From a virus, in the IMG/VR virus record IMGVR_UViG_3300020045_002218, positions 43,579 to 107,578 of that record: 64,000 bases of DNA; one strand, given 5' to 3'. The stretch's first letter is position 1. Each line of letters begins with the position of its first letter. Positions 17,380-28,070 of this stretch are shown in pieces. Below the pieces are notes generated by a model that saw nothing but the letters and a program-made list of their open reading frames with translations, had not been told where the DNA came from and made no database searches. Both the position numbers and the translations under genes were made by a program.

Positions 17380-18949
17380 AACAGTTGTAGAATATTTAAA
17401 TAATATTTCATATAAAGAAGATACTAATTATGTACCTTCTTTATTTGCACTTGAATTTATTAATTTTATTAAGCTTGTTAATGGTGAGACAGGAGAAGAA
17501 CACAAAACTCCTGTAATTCATTTTAAGATGTTAGATACAATCCAAGGTAAAGAAACAGATATTATCAATATGCTATTTAGAGGTAGTGCTAAAACTACGA
17601 TAATGGCTGAGTATTTAATTCTTTATATTGGTACTTATGGTTCAATACCTAATTTTGGTAAAATATCTTTAGGGCTTTATGTTTCAGATTCCATTGAAAA
17701 TGGTGTTAAAAACATGAGAAAGAACTTAGAGTATAGGTGGCAAAATAGTTCTTTCTTACAGGAATACATACCTTCTACAAGGTTTACAGATGTAAGGTGG
17801 GAGTTTGTTAATGCTGATGGAATACAAACTGTATTCAAAGGATACGGTGCAAAAACGGGAGTGAGAGGAGCTAAGGAAATGGGTCAAAGACCTTACTTAG
17901 CAATATTAGATGACTTAGTTTCAGATGAAGATGCAAGGTCAGTAACAGTTATTGCAAGCATAGAAGATACTGTTTATAAAGCTATCGACTATGCACTACA
18001 CCCAACTAGAAGAAAAGTAGTTTGGAACGGTACACCATTTAATTCAAGAGATCCTTTATACAAAGCAGTAGAATCTGGTGCATGGAAAGTAAATGTATTT
18101 CCTGTGTGTGAACATTTTCCCTGTACCAAAGAAGAGTTTAATGGTGCATGGGAAGATAGGTTTACTTATGAATATGTTCAAGAGAAATATATTAAAGCAC
18201 TTAAAGCAGGAAAAATAGATACATTTAACCAAGAATTAATGTTAAGGATTATGAGTGATGAAGATAGGCTTATTACTGATTCAGATATTAGATGGTTTAA
18301 AAGAGAATCGGTATTAAAGAATAAAGGAATATTTAATTTCTATATTACAACTGACTTTGCAACAAGTGAAAAGACTTCTGCTGACTTTAGTGTTATCTCT
18401 GTATGGGCTTATAATGCTAATGGTGACTGGTTCTGGGTTGATGGAATATGTAAGAAACAAACTATGGAAAAGAATGTAGATGAATTATTTCGTTTATCTC
18501 AAATGTATAAACCACAACAAGTAGGTATAGAAGTTACAGGTCAACAAGGAGGATTCATTCAATGGATTGAAGGAGAAATGATGAATAGAAATATTTGGTT
18601 TACTATTGCTAGTGATAATAATTCTTCTAAACCTGGAATAAGACCTAACACTAACAAAATGCAGAGATTCAATATTGTTGTACCTTGGTTTAAGACTCAT
18701 AAGATTTACTTTCCAGAAGAGTTAAAACTAGAACCAGCAATAGTAGAGTGTATGGATGAATTAAAATTAGCTAGTGCTGGAGGATTCAAATCTAAACATG
18801 ATGACTTTATAGATACTATTAGTATGCTTAGTTCAATAACTCCTTGGAAACCAAGTCAAGATATTCCTGTTAAAGATACTACACAAACTTCTATATGGGA
18901 ACTTGACATACCAGAAGAAAGAAACTACATTAGCTCATATATTGTATAA
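17369..18949 (+). CDS. terL: Terminase large subunit (N4 gp68-like)
   Basis: Walker A FRGSAKT, Walker B LAILDD, GTP coupling motif, nuclease TTDFA and HDDFID. Confidence 0.96.
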   Translation: MNPKTVVEYLNNISYKEDTNYVPSLFALEFINFIKLVNGETGEEHKTPVIHFKMLDTIQGKETDIINMLFRGSAKTTIMAEYLILYIGTYGSIPNFGKISLGLYVSDSIENGVKNMRKNLEYRWQNSSFLQEYIPSTRFTDVRWEFVNADGIQTVFKGYGAKTGVRGAKEMGQRPYLAILDDLVSDEDARSVTVIASIEDTVYKAIDYALHPTRRKVVWNGTPFNSRDPLYKAVESGAWKVNVFPVCEHFPCTKEEFNGAWEDRFTYEYVQEKYIKALKAGKIDTFNQELMLRIMSDEDRLITDSDIRWFKRESVLKNKGIFNFYITTDFATSEKTSADFSVISVWAYNANGDWFWVDGICKKQTMEKNVDELFRLSQMYKPQQVGIEVTGQQGGFIQWIEGEMMNRNIWFTIASDNNSSKPGIRPNTNKMQRFNIVVPWFKTHKIYFPEELKLEPAIVECMDELKLASAGGFKSKHDDFIDTISMLSSITPWKPSQDIPVKDTTQTSIWELDIPEERNYISSYIV

Positions 18950-18958
18950 GGAATATAA

Positions 18959-19588
18959 ATGTTAGTTAGTGATTTTTTAAATATTGTTAAATCAGGTAAT
19001 TTATCTGAAACTAAAGTTACAGATGCTAGTCTTCTTAATTTTTTAAACTTAGGTTTAAATGAATTATATGGTAAATATAGTCTTAATATAAAAGAAGAAA
19101 ATTATGTTTTAACTTCAGATACAGAATATGATTTACCAGATGATTTTATTTCATGTATTAAAGTAACATCCCCTTCTGAATATCATAGAGATACTAATGG
19201 TAATATAGCTAAACTATCAGATTCGTTATTTGAATTATCTATTAATGTGTATGGTGATTGGAATAGTTTATTAATTACTGAATTTGGTATGTTAAAAATA
19301 GATAAGCCTATTGTAGGACAATCTATTAGATTAATTTATAAAGCATCTCCAAAACAACTTACATCTTCTAATTTAACTTCTAAACTTAAAATAGGTAATC
19401 AATACTTAGAAGCATTATCTATGTATATGACTTATCTTGGATTTATGCAGAATGGTGGTGGTACTCAAGGAGATTCAAATACTTATCTTAATAGATATGT
19501 AATGGCTTGTAATAATTTAGAAACTAATGGAGATACAAGTAAAATATCTAATGTAAATAATAAATTTAATGAAAGAGGATTTGTATAA
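18959..19588 (+). CDS. Head-tail adaptor (N4 gp67-like)
   Basis: LNLGL.EL N-terminus and KFNERGFV C-terminus; follows terminase as in N4. Confidence 0.75.
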   Translation: MLVSDFLNIVKSGNLSETKVTDASLLNFLNLGLNELYGKYSLNIKEENYVLTSDTEYDLPDDFISCIKVTSPSEYHRDTNGNIAKLSDSLFELSINVYGDWNSLLITEFGMLKIDKPIVGQSIRLIYKASPKQLTSSNLTSKLKIGNQYLEALSMYMTYLGFMQNGGGTQGDSNTYLNRYVMACNNLETNGDTSKISNVNNKFNERGFV

Positions 19589-20850
19589 TGCCAACTCCAG
19601 AAGATTATGCTTTATCTGCTGCATCCTCTGCTAATGATGCTTTATTAAGTGCATTATTAGCTACTGCTAAATCTGTTCTTACAAGTGAAGATCAGGTAGC
19701 TGCTGCTCAGTGGGCTGCTGATGCTTATACTTATATGCTTAATTGTCAAAATGGCGTAAGTATTGTAAATAATAATTCTTCTATTGAAGCTACTATATTA
19801 GCTTTAGCTACAGATTTTGCTACAAAGTACCTTGGCTCACATTCTACTGCCCCTGTATCAGCACAAATTGGAGCACAATATTGGAATAGTACAGATATAA
19901 CAATGTATACTTGGGATGGTACATCTTGGATAATTCCTAGATCTTTATTTGATGGAAATATTAATGCAGGAACATCAAGTGTTTCTGAAGGTAAAGTTCA
20001 ATTACGAAGAGATTTAGCAGGTTTATGGACAGTATCTAATCCTATATTATCTATAGGTGAGTTAGGTATTGAAACAGATACTGGATTTATAAAGATAGGT
20101 GATGGAGCATCTCCTTGGGTAGATTTGCTATATTCAGGATCTCCTAAAAGTGTTATTACAGGAATTGAAAATGTAAATAATACTTCTGATGTTAATAAAC
20201 CTGTATCTACTTTACAAGCTACTGCTATTCAAACAGCTTTAAATACTGCTAAAGCATATACAGATACTTCTAGGTTAGGACATTTAATTGATGTAGGTGA
20301 ATATTCTGTAGCAATATCTAATGCTTATCCTATATCAGGAGGTTCAGGTATTTCAGGAACTATTCTAAAAGGAAATGTATTTAATTGCACTGGTTCAGGT
20401 ACTATTAACTCTTTATCTATAACAGATGGATTTTCATTAAGAGCTTTAGTAGATAATCCTACACAATCTGATACAGATTGGCTTATTACAGCTAAACCTA
20501 TATTACATGATAAACCTTATATAATTGTTTTATATATCCCAGGATTAGTAATTAATGCTTATACTTACCCTTCTCATATATTTACTATACCTGTATCCTT
20601 TGCAGTAAATTTTGAATTAAGTAAAGCTAGCAGTAAAATTTATGCAACAGATACATATACTTTAAATATTTTAAAAGGAGGATTAATTATAGGTACTATT
20701 GTATTTAATGTAGGTTCAACTACAGGGGTATTTAGTACACCTTACATAACAACATGTAATGCAGGCGATACGATTGAAATAAGATCTCAGGATAATCCTG
20801 ATGCTTCTCTTTCAGATGTATCTATATCACTTTATGGTACAAGAATTTAA
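19588..20850 (+). CDS. Tail fibre/appendage protein with Mtd N-terminal-like domain
   Basis: VQLRRD...W..SNPIL..GELGIETDT...KIGDG...W..L.Y and G.ENVNNTSD.NKPVST motifs. Confidence 0.75.
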   Translation: MPTPEDYALSAASSANDALLSALLATAKSVLTSEDQVAAAQWAADAYTYMLNCQNGVSIVNNNSSIEATILALATDFATKYLGSHSTAPVSAQIGAQYWNSTDITMYTWDGTSWIIPRSLFDGNINAGTSSVSEGKVQLRRDLAGLWTVSNPILSIGELGIETDTGFIKIGDGASPWVDLLYSGSPKSVITGIENVNNTSDVNKPVSTLQATAIQTALNTAKAYTDTSRLGHLIDVGEYSVAISNAYPISGGSGISGTILKGNVFNCTGSGTINSLSITDGFSLRALVDNPTQSDTDWLITAKPILHDKPYIIVLYIPGLVINAYTYPSHIFTIPVSFAVNFELSKASSKIYATDTYTLNILKGGLIIGTIVFNVGSTTGVFSTPYITTCNAGDTIEIRSQDNPDASLSDVSISLYGTRI

Positions 20851-20862
20851 TTAGGAAATATA

Positions 20863-21309
20863 ATGGCAAAAATAAGTGAATCACTTAGAAATCATCTATT
20901 AAATAATGCAGTAGCATCAGGACTTACACCATTTGCAGTAACATTTTTTAATGGAGCAGTACCTTCACTTCCTTCAGATGCTGTAACAGGAGCTACTTTA
21001 GTTATGTTTACTGTTAATAATGACGGTATAACAGGTGCAACATGGGGAACTGCTGTTGCTGGTATTCTTTCAAGAACACCCTCAGAAGCTATGAGTGGTA
21101 CTTGTTTAATTGGAGGATCACCAACATTTTATCGAGTACATAATATTACTGAAAGTCCTTCTGCGGCAAATACGACATTTTATAGAACACAAGGTACACT
21201 TGGAGCAGCAAATACAGATGGTATATTAGATACCTCCTTTTTTCCTATGATTTTAGGTACAGTATATAACTTAGGTAATGTTGTTATTCCTTCATATATG
21301 GGAAGTTAA
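20863..21309 (+). CDS. Putative structural (tail) protein
   Basis: KISESLRN.LL start, G..P...D.A.TG..L and G..TFYR patterns seen in phage tail proteins. Confidence 0.55.
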   Translation: MAKISESLRNHLLNNAVASGLTPFAVTFFNGAVPSLPSDAVTGATLVMFTVNNDGITGATWGTAVAGILSRTPSEAMSGTCLIGGSPTFYRVHNITESPSAANTTFYRTQGTLGAANTDGILDTSFFPMILGTVYNLGNVVIPSYMGS

Positions 21310-21314
21310 TTTTA

Positions 21315-22799
21315 GTGAATAATCTGATTAAAGATGCTAAATATTATATGTTTTATCCTCCACCTGTATTGCAGAAAGTACCTGCATATAGCTATGAAGA
21401 AATAAGATATGTAACATCTGAATCAGATGCTTATACGGTAAATGATGTAATTGTATTTAAAATTATTCCTCGTAAAATAAAGCAACCAAATACAGATAGA
21501 GTTGTTGTTTTTACAGAAAATATACCAGGAAAAACTTTAGAAATTTTAAAAACATCTATATCTAATAATGGAAATAGAGCTATTAAAGTCGTTGTTAAAG
21601 TTCCTGAGAGTTATTCTTGGTTTACTCCTGTACCCTATATAAAAGAATTTAATATTGTTGGATGGAATGGCGGAGCAGTATCTAAACAATATTTTATTAA
21701 TTATGGTGAAGCAGAGTTTTCTATTGATGAAACTGCTGTAGGAGTAATTGCTGGTTTAACATCTACAAATAATGCAGTAGAAAATGCTCATTATAGTTTA
21801 ATTAAATATGCTTTTTATGGTACTTTAGGAAAGTATTCTATTTTTATAAATGGATCAGATATAGGTTTATTAAGTAAAAATTATAATTCAACTACTAAAT
21901 TTAAAATTATTGTAGGTTTTTCTGGTATAAAATTTTTAGTAAATAATGTAGAAGAATACTCATATTCCGTTAAGCCAGAAATATCTACATATAATTTAGA
22001 TACAAGTTTATATAATAGTTTTGATAGAGTTCTTAATGCTTCTATAAAACAAGTATCTTATGCAGAAATTGGTGTTATATCTTCTGTATTAAATTATATA
22101 ATTATGAATGGTGTAAAATATCAATTACATAATAATAATATTTTAATAAATAATATTTGGTATAGTGCAATAACTAACGGATATGTAATTATAAATGGCT
22201 TACTTTATAATGTAGACGATAATAAAATATTTTATAATGGTTTAATTATTCCAGTTATAAATAATACAGTAACTGTTTCAGGTGTACCTGAAAGTATTTA
22301 TAATATTTCGTATGACACCATAATAGTTATTAACGCTAATATATATTCTGTATTTACTGAAATAGTAAATATTAATAATCAAAAATATCCTACAGGATAT
22401 TGGGTAGTAGGTTTAGATTGTAATTTAATAAGTAAAGATTATTCTAGTAGTATAAATTTATGTAACATTGGATGTAACTTAGAACCTTACTATGATTTAA
22501 CATCAACAATATTATTAGAGTCTTCTTTAATTTATTTAGGAGGAACATATATATCTTCACAAATAAATATAGATAATTCAATATATACAGAATATGTATT
22601 AAATAATAAAATAAATTTAGGTAACGTTTTATATTATGTAGGTTATTCATATATATCTAATGAATTAAAATTTAATAATTATTTATTTGCTGGTGGACTT
22701 ACACCTACAATACCTCCAAAACTTGTAAATGGTTTTGAATTAAATTGTTCTTTAAGAAATTATTTTATTGAAGATCCTTCACTGTTTGTTATTTTATAA
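21315..22799 (+). CDS. Putative tail protein with lectin-like domain, Asn/Ile/Tyr-rich
   Basis: GWNGGAVS motif, structural-cluster position, very AT-rich. Confidence 0.5.
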   Translation: MNNLIKDAKYYMFYPPPVLQKVPAYSYEEIRYVTSESDAYTVNDVIVFKIIPRKIKQPNTDRVVVFTENIPGKTLEILKTSISNNGNRAIKVVVKVPESYSWFTPVPYIKEFNIVGWNGGAVSKQYFINYGEAEFSIDETAVGVIAGLTSTNNAVENAHYSLIKYAFYGTLGKYSIFINGSDIGLLSKNYNSTTKFKIIVGFSGIKFLVNNVEEYSYSVKPEISTYNLDTSLYNSFDRVLNASIKQVSYAEIGVISSVLNYIIMNGVKYQLHNNNILINNIWYSAITNGYVIINGLLYNVDDNKIFYNGLIIPVINNTVTVSGVPESIYNISYDTIIVINANIYSVFTEIVNINNQKYPTGYWVVGLDCNLISKDYSSSINLCNIGCNLEPYYDLTSTILLESSLIYLGGTYISSQINIDNSIYTEYVLNNKINLGNVLYYVGYSYISNELKFNNYLFAGGLTPTIPPKLVNGFELNCSLRNYFIEDPSLFVIL

Positions 22800-22808
22800 A
22801 AAGAAATT

Positions 22809-25070
22809 ATGATTAAAAATATAGAACTTAATAATGATGATAATGAAAATTTTAAAGTATCTAAATTAGTTAAATGGAAGAATCCTCCTAAACTGGATGA
22901 CTTAAAAACTGATCTAACTACTGCATTATCAGATCATAATAAACATATATCTAAAGTAAATACTTGGTTAGATAACTTAAATATAACAGGTTCAGCTAGG
23001 ATTGATAATGGTAAGAAAAGAAGTAATATTCAACCTAAACTTATCCTTAAACAAGCTGAATGGAGAAAAGCTGCATTAACAGAACCTTTCTTCTCTACAG
23101 ATGATTTATTTAATGCTGAACCAATAACCTATGAAGATAAGAAATCAGCAGTACAAAATGCTTTAGTATTAAATAAACAATTTAATACAGATATTGATAA
23201 GAATAAATTTATTACGGACTATGTACACACATTGGTTGAAGAAGGTACTGCTATTGTTCGTACTGGGTGGGAATATATTGAAGAAGTAGTAGAAGAAGAA
23301 GTACAAGACTTTGAATTTATTCCTTCACAAGATCCATCTTACATACAGAAATTACAAACATTGGCTCAAGGTAAACAAGATGATCCAATTAACTTTAGTC
23401 AAACAGTACCACAAGAGTTTCAACAAGCTTTAGAGTTAAGTATGCAGTATAGCACACCTATGTTTCCACAAAATATAGGTTCACATATTGAAACTAAAGA
23501 AAAAATAATTAAGAATTGTCCTACAGTAGAAGTACTTAATTTTAATGATACTATTATAGATCCATCATGTAGAGGAGATATTGATAAAGCTAGATTCTTT
23601 ATTTATAGATTTGAAACAGATATGTCTGATTTACAAAAAGCAGGTATATACTCCAATTTAGATAAAATTGATACTGAGTTTTCAGAAAATATAACTACTG
23701 ATAGTTATAACAGAGAACAATATACATTTAATTTTAAAGACAAACCAAGACAAAAATTAGTAGCTTATGAGTATTGGGGATATTGGGATATTGATGGATC
23801 AGGTATAGTTAAACCTATTGTAGTTACTTGGGTTAATAATATTATTATTAGACAAGAAGATAATCCATTTCCTCATAAAAAATTACCTTTTGTTTTAGTA
23901 CAATATATACCCGTTAGACAGTCTATTTATGGTGTACCTGATGGTGAATTTTTAGAAGATAATCAAAAAATTGTAGGTGCTGTTACTAGAGGTATGATTG
24001 ATCTTATGGGTAGATCAGCTAATGCTCAACAAGGTATTAGAAAAGATGCTTTAGATGTAACTAATAAAAGAAAATTTGATAAAGGTGAAGATTATGAATT
24101 TAATCCTACTACCCATCCTAGTGAAGCATTTCACATGTCTGTATTTCCAGAAATTCCACAATCTGCTCAATATATGCTTAACTTGCAAAATATGGAAGCT
24201 GAATCTATTACAGGAGTTAAATCCTTTTCACAAGGAATTGGTGGACAATCTTTAGGTAATGTTGCTGTAGGTATTAGAGGAGCACTAGATGCTGCTTCTA
24301 AAAGAGAATTATCTATTGCTAGAAGATTAGCTGATGGTTTGGTTAAAGTAGCTAGGCAGATAGTTTCTATGAATTCAGAATTCTTATCTGAAGAAGAAGT
24401 AATTAGAATTACTAATGAAGACTTTGTTACTGTAAGAAGGGATGACTTAGCAGGTAATATTGACATTAGAATTAGTATTTCTACTGCTGAAGTAGATGAA
24501 CAGAAAGCTCAAGAATTAAGTTTTATGCTTCAAACTATGGGTAATACAATGCCACAAGATTTCAGTCAAATGATTCTTGTAGAAATTGCTAAATTAAGAA
24601 AGATGCCAGACTTAGCTAAGAAGATTGAGAAATATGTTCCTGAACCTCCACAACCAGATCCTTTAGTAGAAGCACAATTAGCGTTGTTACAAGCTCAAAC
24701 CCAAGAGATACAAGCTAAGATAGCTGAACACCAAGCACAAACAGAATTAGAATATGCTAAGATTGCTGTAGAACAAGCTAAAGCTAAACAAATGAATAGT
24801 CTTACTGATAAGACAGATTTAGACTTCATAAACGATGAATCAGGTGTATCACATCAAAGAGCTATAGAAACTGTACAGGCTCAAGCTAAAGGTAATATTG
24901 CTTTAGAACAAACTAAACATCAACAAAAGATTGAAAAAGGTTTATTTGATCATGAACTAAATAAAAATTTAGAAGCCAGTAAGCATCAAATGAATTTACA
25001 AAACAAAATGTTAGATCATGCTTCAAGTATGGATCAACTTCAAGCTAAACCTAAATCAGGAGTTAAATAA
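22809..25070 (+). CDS. Portal protein (N4 gp59-like)
   Basis: WKNPP.L.DLK.D, QPKLI.KQAEWR, AVTRGMIDLMGRSAN, ELSFMLQTMG. Confidence 0.95.
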   Translation: MIKNIELNNDDNENFKVSKLVKWKNPPKLDDLKTDLTTALSDHNKHISKVNTWLDNLNITGSARIDNGKKRSNIQPKLILKQAEWRKAALTEPFFSTDDLFNAEPITYEDKKSAVQNALVLNKQFNTDIDKNKFITDYVHTLVEEGTAIVRTGWEYIEEVVEEEVQDFEFIPSQDPSYIQKLQTLAQGKQDDPINFSQTVPQEFQQALELSMQYSTPMFPQNIGSHIETKEKIIKNCPTVEVLNFNDTIIDPSCRGDIDKARFFIYRFETDMSDLQKAGIYSNLDKIDTEFSENITTDSYNREQYTFNFKDKPRQKLVAYEYWGYWDIDGSGIVKPIVVTWVNNIIIRQEDNPFPHKKLPFVLVQYIPVRQSIYGVPDGEFLEDNQKIVGAVTRGMIDLMGRSANAQQGIRKDALDVTNKRKFDKGEDYEFNPTTHPSEAFHMSVFPEIPQSAQYMLNLQNMEAESITGVKSFSQGIGGQSLGNVAVGIRGALDAASKRELSIARRLADGLVKVARQIVSMNSEFLSEEEVIRITNEDFVTVRRDDLAGNIDIRISISTAEVDEQKAQELSFMLQTMGNTMPQDFSQMILVEIAKLRKMPDLAKKIEKYVPEPPQPDPLVEAQLALLQAQTQEIQAKIAEHQAQTELEYAKIAVEQAKAKQMNSLTDKTDLDFINDESGVSHQRAIETVQAQAKGNIALEQTKHQQKIEKGLFDHELNKNLEASKHQMNLQNKMLDHASSMDQLQAKPKSGVK

Positions 25071-25697
25071 TGACTTCATTTACAGAATGGTTAAAACAAA
25101 AGAATTCTGCTGCTTATGATACACTATCTGGTTTTGGTACTAAACCTGGGGCAGGAGGTGCAGCAATGCAAGGATTATGGAATGGAGTAGCTGATGTAGT
25201 AAGATTTCCTGCACAGATAGCAAATGAAGCAGGTAGAGAAATAGGTTTAAGAACTAATGAAGAAGCTGCCTTAGCAGCTCAACAAATAAATAATACAATA
25301 CAAACCAATCCCTTTATATCTCCTCAAACTCAAGAAGTATTTACTGAATCAGCTAAACAGTATCCTATTACAGAGACGGTAAACAATATTCTTCCTTCAT
25401 TAGTTGCTGGACAAGCATTATTAAAATCAGGTATAAAAGGTGTAGGAGTACCCTTAGCAGCAAGATTTCAAAATGCAAAGAAAATAGGCTCATTTAATGG
25501 CTTATCTCAATATTTAGATTCACTTAATAACAAATAAGAAAATGATATGAAAAGTAAAGATAATAAACCAACACCTAAACCAAAGAAATGTTAAAGAACT
25601 AATATGACCTGTAAAACAGAAACAGAACAAAGTATTAGATCATGCCTCAAATATGGATCAAATTAAAGCTAAACCTAAGCCAGGAGTTAAATAATGA
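25002..25697 (+). repeat. 72-nt direct repeat (25002-25073 and 25626-25697) of the portal 3' end plus RBS
   Basis: Aligned by eye, 8 mismatches in 72 nt. Confidence 0.9.
25070..25537 (+). CDS. Cys-free Gly/Ala-rich protein, possible internal virion protein (paralog A)
   Basis: GLWNGVADVVRFPAQ, shared with the 25694 gene. Confidence 0.7.
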   Translation: MTSFTEWLKQKNSAAYDTLSGFGTKPGAGGAAMQGLWNGVADVVRFPAQIANEAGREIGLRTNEEAALAAQQINNTIQTNPFISPQTQEVFTESAKQYPITETVNNILPSLVAGQALLKSGIKGVGVPLAARFQNAKKIGSFNGLSQYLDSLNNK

Positions 25698-26323
25698 ATC
25701 CTAGACAGTATTTAAAAGATTATTACTCTAATTCTCCTAATGACAATATACTAAATCAATTAAGTAACTTTGGTTCTGAAGTTGGTGGAGGTAAATCTTT
25801 TATTAATGGATTAGCTAATGGAGTTTCTGATATAGTAAGATTACCTGCAAAAGGATTTGCTACATTAGGTTCTTTAGCGGCAGGTCAAGATCCTACAAGA
25901 CGACAGAATCAAATTGATGATTTCTTTAAAATAGACGCATTACAACCTTCAGTTAAAGAATACCCTACAATAAATACTTTAGGAAATACTACTACTATAT
26001 TAGGTGGTGGAACATTAGGAGGAATATCTAAAACAAAACCTTTAGTATCTAAAGCATTAGAACAAGTAGCAGGAACTCTTAAAAATACTTTAGTAGGTAA
26101 CATATTACAAACAACAAATGATAATCTTAAAAATTCTACTAATAATTCTATACAAAACTATGGTAAAGCATTTATTAATGGTTTAGGTTCAACAATAGCT
26201 AAACCTGTCACTATAGTTAATAATGGATTAGGTTCTTTTGCAGATTATATAAATAATACAGATCATTCTGCTTTACGAGATAAACAGAATAAAAATATAA
26301 ATAATTTTTTTAACTATTCTTAA
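25694..26323 (+). CDS. Cys-free Gly/Asn-rich protein, possible internal virion protein (paralog B)
   Basis: GLANGVSDIVRLPAK. Confidence 0.7.
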   Translation: MNPRQYLKDYYSNSPNDNILNQLSNFGSEVGGGKSFINGLANGVSDIVRLPAKGFATLGSLAAGQDPTRRQNQIDDFFKIDALQPSVKEYPTINTLGNTTTILGGGTLGGISKTKPLVSKALEQVAGTLKNTLVGNILQTTNDNLKNSTNNSIQNYGKAFINGLGSTIAKPVTIVNNGLGSFADYINNTDHSALRDKQNKNINNFFNYS

Positions 26324-26333
26324 GGAATTTAAA

Positions 26334-26699
26334 ATGGAAACACGACAAAGTATCGCGTTAAAACAAAAACAAAATGGAGTAGATAATATTGAAAACAATA
26401 TTACTGCTCATGCTGGAGGTACACAAGCTGCTGCATTAGCTTTAAATTCATCTAAAACTGTACATAATGTAACTACAGTTGCTACTGCTGCTGATTCAGT
26501 TAAATTACCCTTAGCTGTAGGTTCAGGTGTACAACATCTAGTAAATAACTCAGGAGCTAATTCTATGAAGTTATTTGGTGATGGTACAGATACTATTGAT
26601 GCAGTTGCTACTGCTACAGGTGTAAGTATTGCTGCTGGTAAAGCTAGATTACTTACAGATATTGCTGTAGGTAAATGGATTAGTTTGTTAGGTGCTTAA
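26334..26699 (+). CDS. Putative capsid decoration protein
   Basis: Ala/Gly/Thr-rich; ITA.AGGTQA.A, V.TVAT..DSVKLP pattern; head gene cluster. Confidence 0.55.
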   Translation: METRQSIALKQKQNGVDNIENNITAHAGGTQAAALALNSSKTVHNVTTVATAADSVKLPLAVGSGVQHLVNNSGANSMKLFGDGTDTIDAVATATGVSIAAGKARLLTDIAVGKWISLLGA

Positions 26700-26730
26700 T
26701 TAATAATTATCTCATAAGAGGACACAAGAA

Positions 26731-27048
26731 ATGCGTAAAGAAATTGAAGAACAAATTAAAGAATTAAAAGAAGTAACAGCTTTAAGAGATTCACTAACTA
26801 AGTTAGAAAAGAATAAAGATTTTCAAAAGGTAATCTTTCAAAACTATTTTGATAAAGAACCTACTCGTTTAACTATGATTAGACCTTCTATTAAAACTGA
26901 AAATCTACCTCATATTGATGATGCTTTTAAAGCAATAGGTTTATTAAAATTATTCTTTGATATGGTTCTAAATAAAGGTGAACAAGCAGAGACTGAGATA
27001 GCTAAACTTACTGAAGAGTTAAATAACTTAGATGGAGAAGAAATCTAA
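26731..27048 (+). CDS. N4 gp58-like protein
   Basis: L.KL.KN.DF.KVI...YF..E..RL; position between portal and scaffold. Confidence 0.75.
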   Translation: MRKEIEEQIKELKEVTALRDSLTKLEKNKDFQKVIFQNYFDKEPTRLTMIRPSIKTENLPHIDDAFKAIGLLKLFFDMVLNKGEQAETEIAKLTEELNNLDGEEI

Positions 27049-28067
27049 TGAGTGAAGAACAAGATATTCAAGTTGAAGATGTTCCAGATGAACAAGACTT
27101 CCTTAATATGTCTGATGAAGAATTAGCTGCTGTTGATGTTAATTCTTTAGGTAAACCTATTCAAGAAGATACTTCAGAAGACACTCAGGAAGACACCTCA
27201 GAGGCTAATACAGTCGATTCTATAGAAGAGGAAGCTCCTAGTGAGGAAATAGACTATAAGGCTGAATATGAACGTATTACAGCTCCCTTTAAAGCTAATG
27301 GAAAACAAGTGCAAGTTGCAACTATTGAGGATGCACTAACACTTATGAAGATGGGTGCTAACTATCAAGAAAAGATGGTTGCTATTAAACCTCATCGTAA
27401 AACAAGTCAAAAACTAGCAGATAATGGTATTGATGAGGAACAGCTTAATTACTTGATTGATCTCAAGAATAAGAATCCTCAAGCTATACAAAAGTTATTA
27501 AAAGAAAGTGGTATTGATCCATTAGATATAGATACTTCAGAAGAAGTAAATTATAAACCAAACAACTACCAAGTAGATGATAAAACAATTGAGTTGAATG
27601 ATGTACTGGAATCTATCCAACATACTCCTCAGTTTGATACTACAGTAAAGATTCTTGGTTCACAGTGGGATCAACAAAGTAAAGAATATTTAAGTTCTAA
27701 TCCTCAAACAATAGCTGTTTTGAATGAACAAATTGGTAATGGTATTTATGACACTATTGCTAAAGAAGTTTCAAACCAACGTATGTTAGGAAGACTTAAT
27801 AATGTATCTGATTTAGATGCTTATAGAACTGTAGGCGATTGGCTTAATGAGCAAGGTGTATTTAATAAAATACAACCTCAACAACAACCTGTTACTACAA
27901 CTATACCTACTAAACCAGTACAAGATAATAAACAACGTAAACAAGCAGCAAGTATTACTAATAGTAAACCATCTACACCTAAAAAAGATTTAACAAATGT
28001 AGATTGGTTTAATTTAAGTGATGAAGACTTTGCTGCTTTGGAAAAACAATTATTAAAACAGGTATAA
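27048..28067 (+). CDS. N4 gp57-like scaffold protein (often annotated tape measure)
   Basis: Acidic N-terminus, APFKANG, LM.MGANY..KM..IKP, C-terminal LSDEDF. Confidence 0.85.
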   Translation: MSEEQDIQVEDVPDEQDFLNMSDEELAAVDVNSLGKPIQEDTSEDTQEDTSEANTVDSIEEEAPSEEIDYKAEYERITAPFKANGKQVQVATIEDALTLMKMGANYQEKMVAIKPHRKTSQKLADNGIDEEQLNYLIDLKNKNPQAIQKLLKESGIDPLDIDTSEEVNYKPNNYQVDDKTIELNDVLESIQHTPQFDTTVKILGSQWDQQSKEYLSSNPQTIAVLNEQIGNGIYDTIAKEVSNQRMLGRLNNVSDLDAYRTVGDWLNEQGVFNKIQPQQQPVTTTIPTKPVQDNKQRKQAASITNSKPSTPKKDLTNVDWFNLSDEDFAALEKQLLKQV

Positions 28068-28070
28068 AAA

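Noticed and set aside
19588-20850. Diversity-generating retroelement target (Mtd-like domain)
   Set aside because: Only the N-terminal Mtd-like domain is present; no reverse transcriptase and no adenine-specific TR/VR pair seen. The 72-nt repeat at 25002/25626 differs at all base types.
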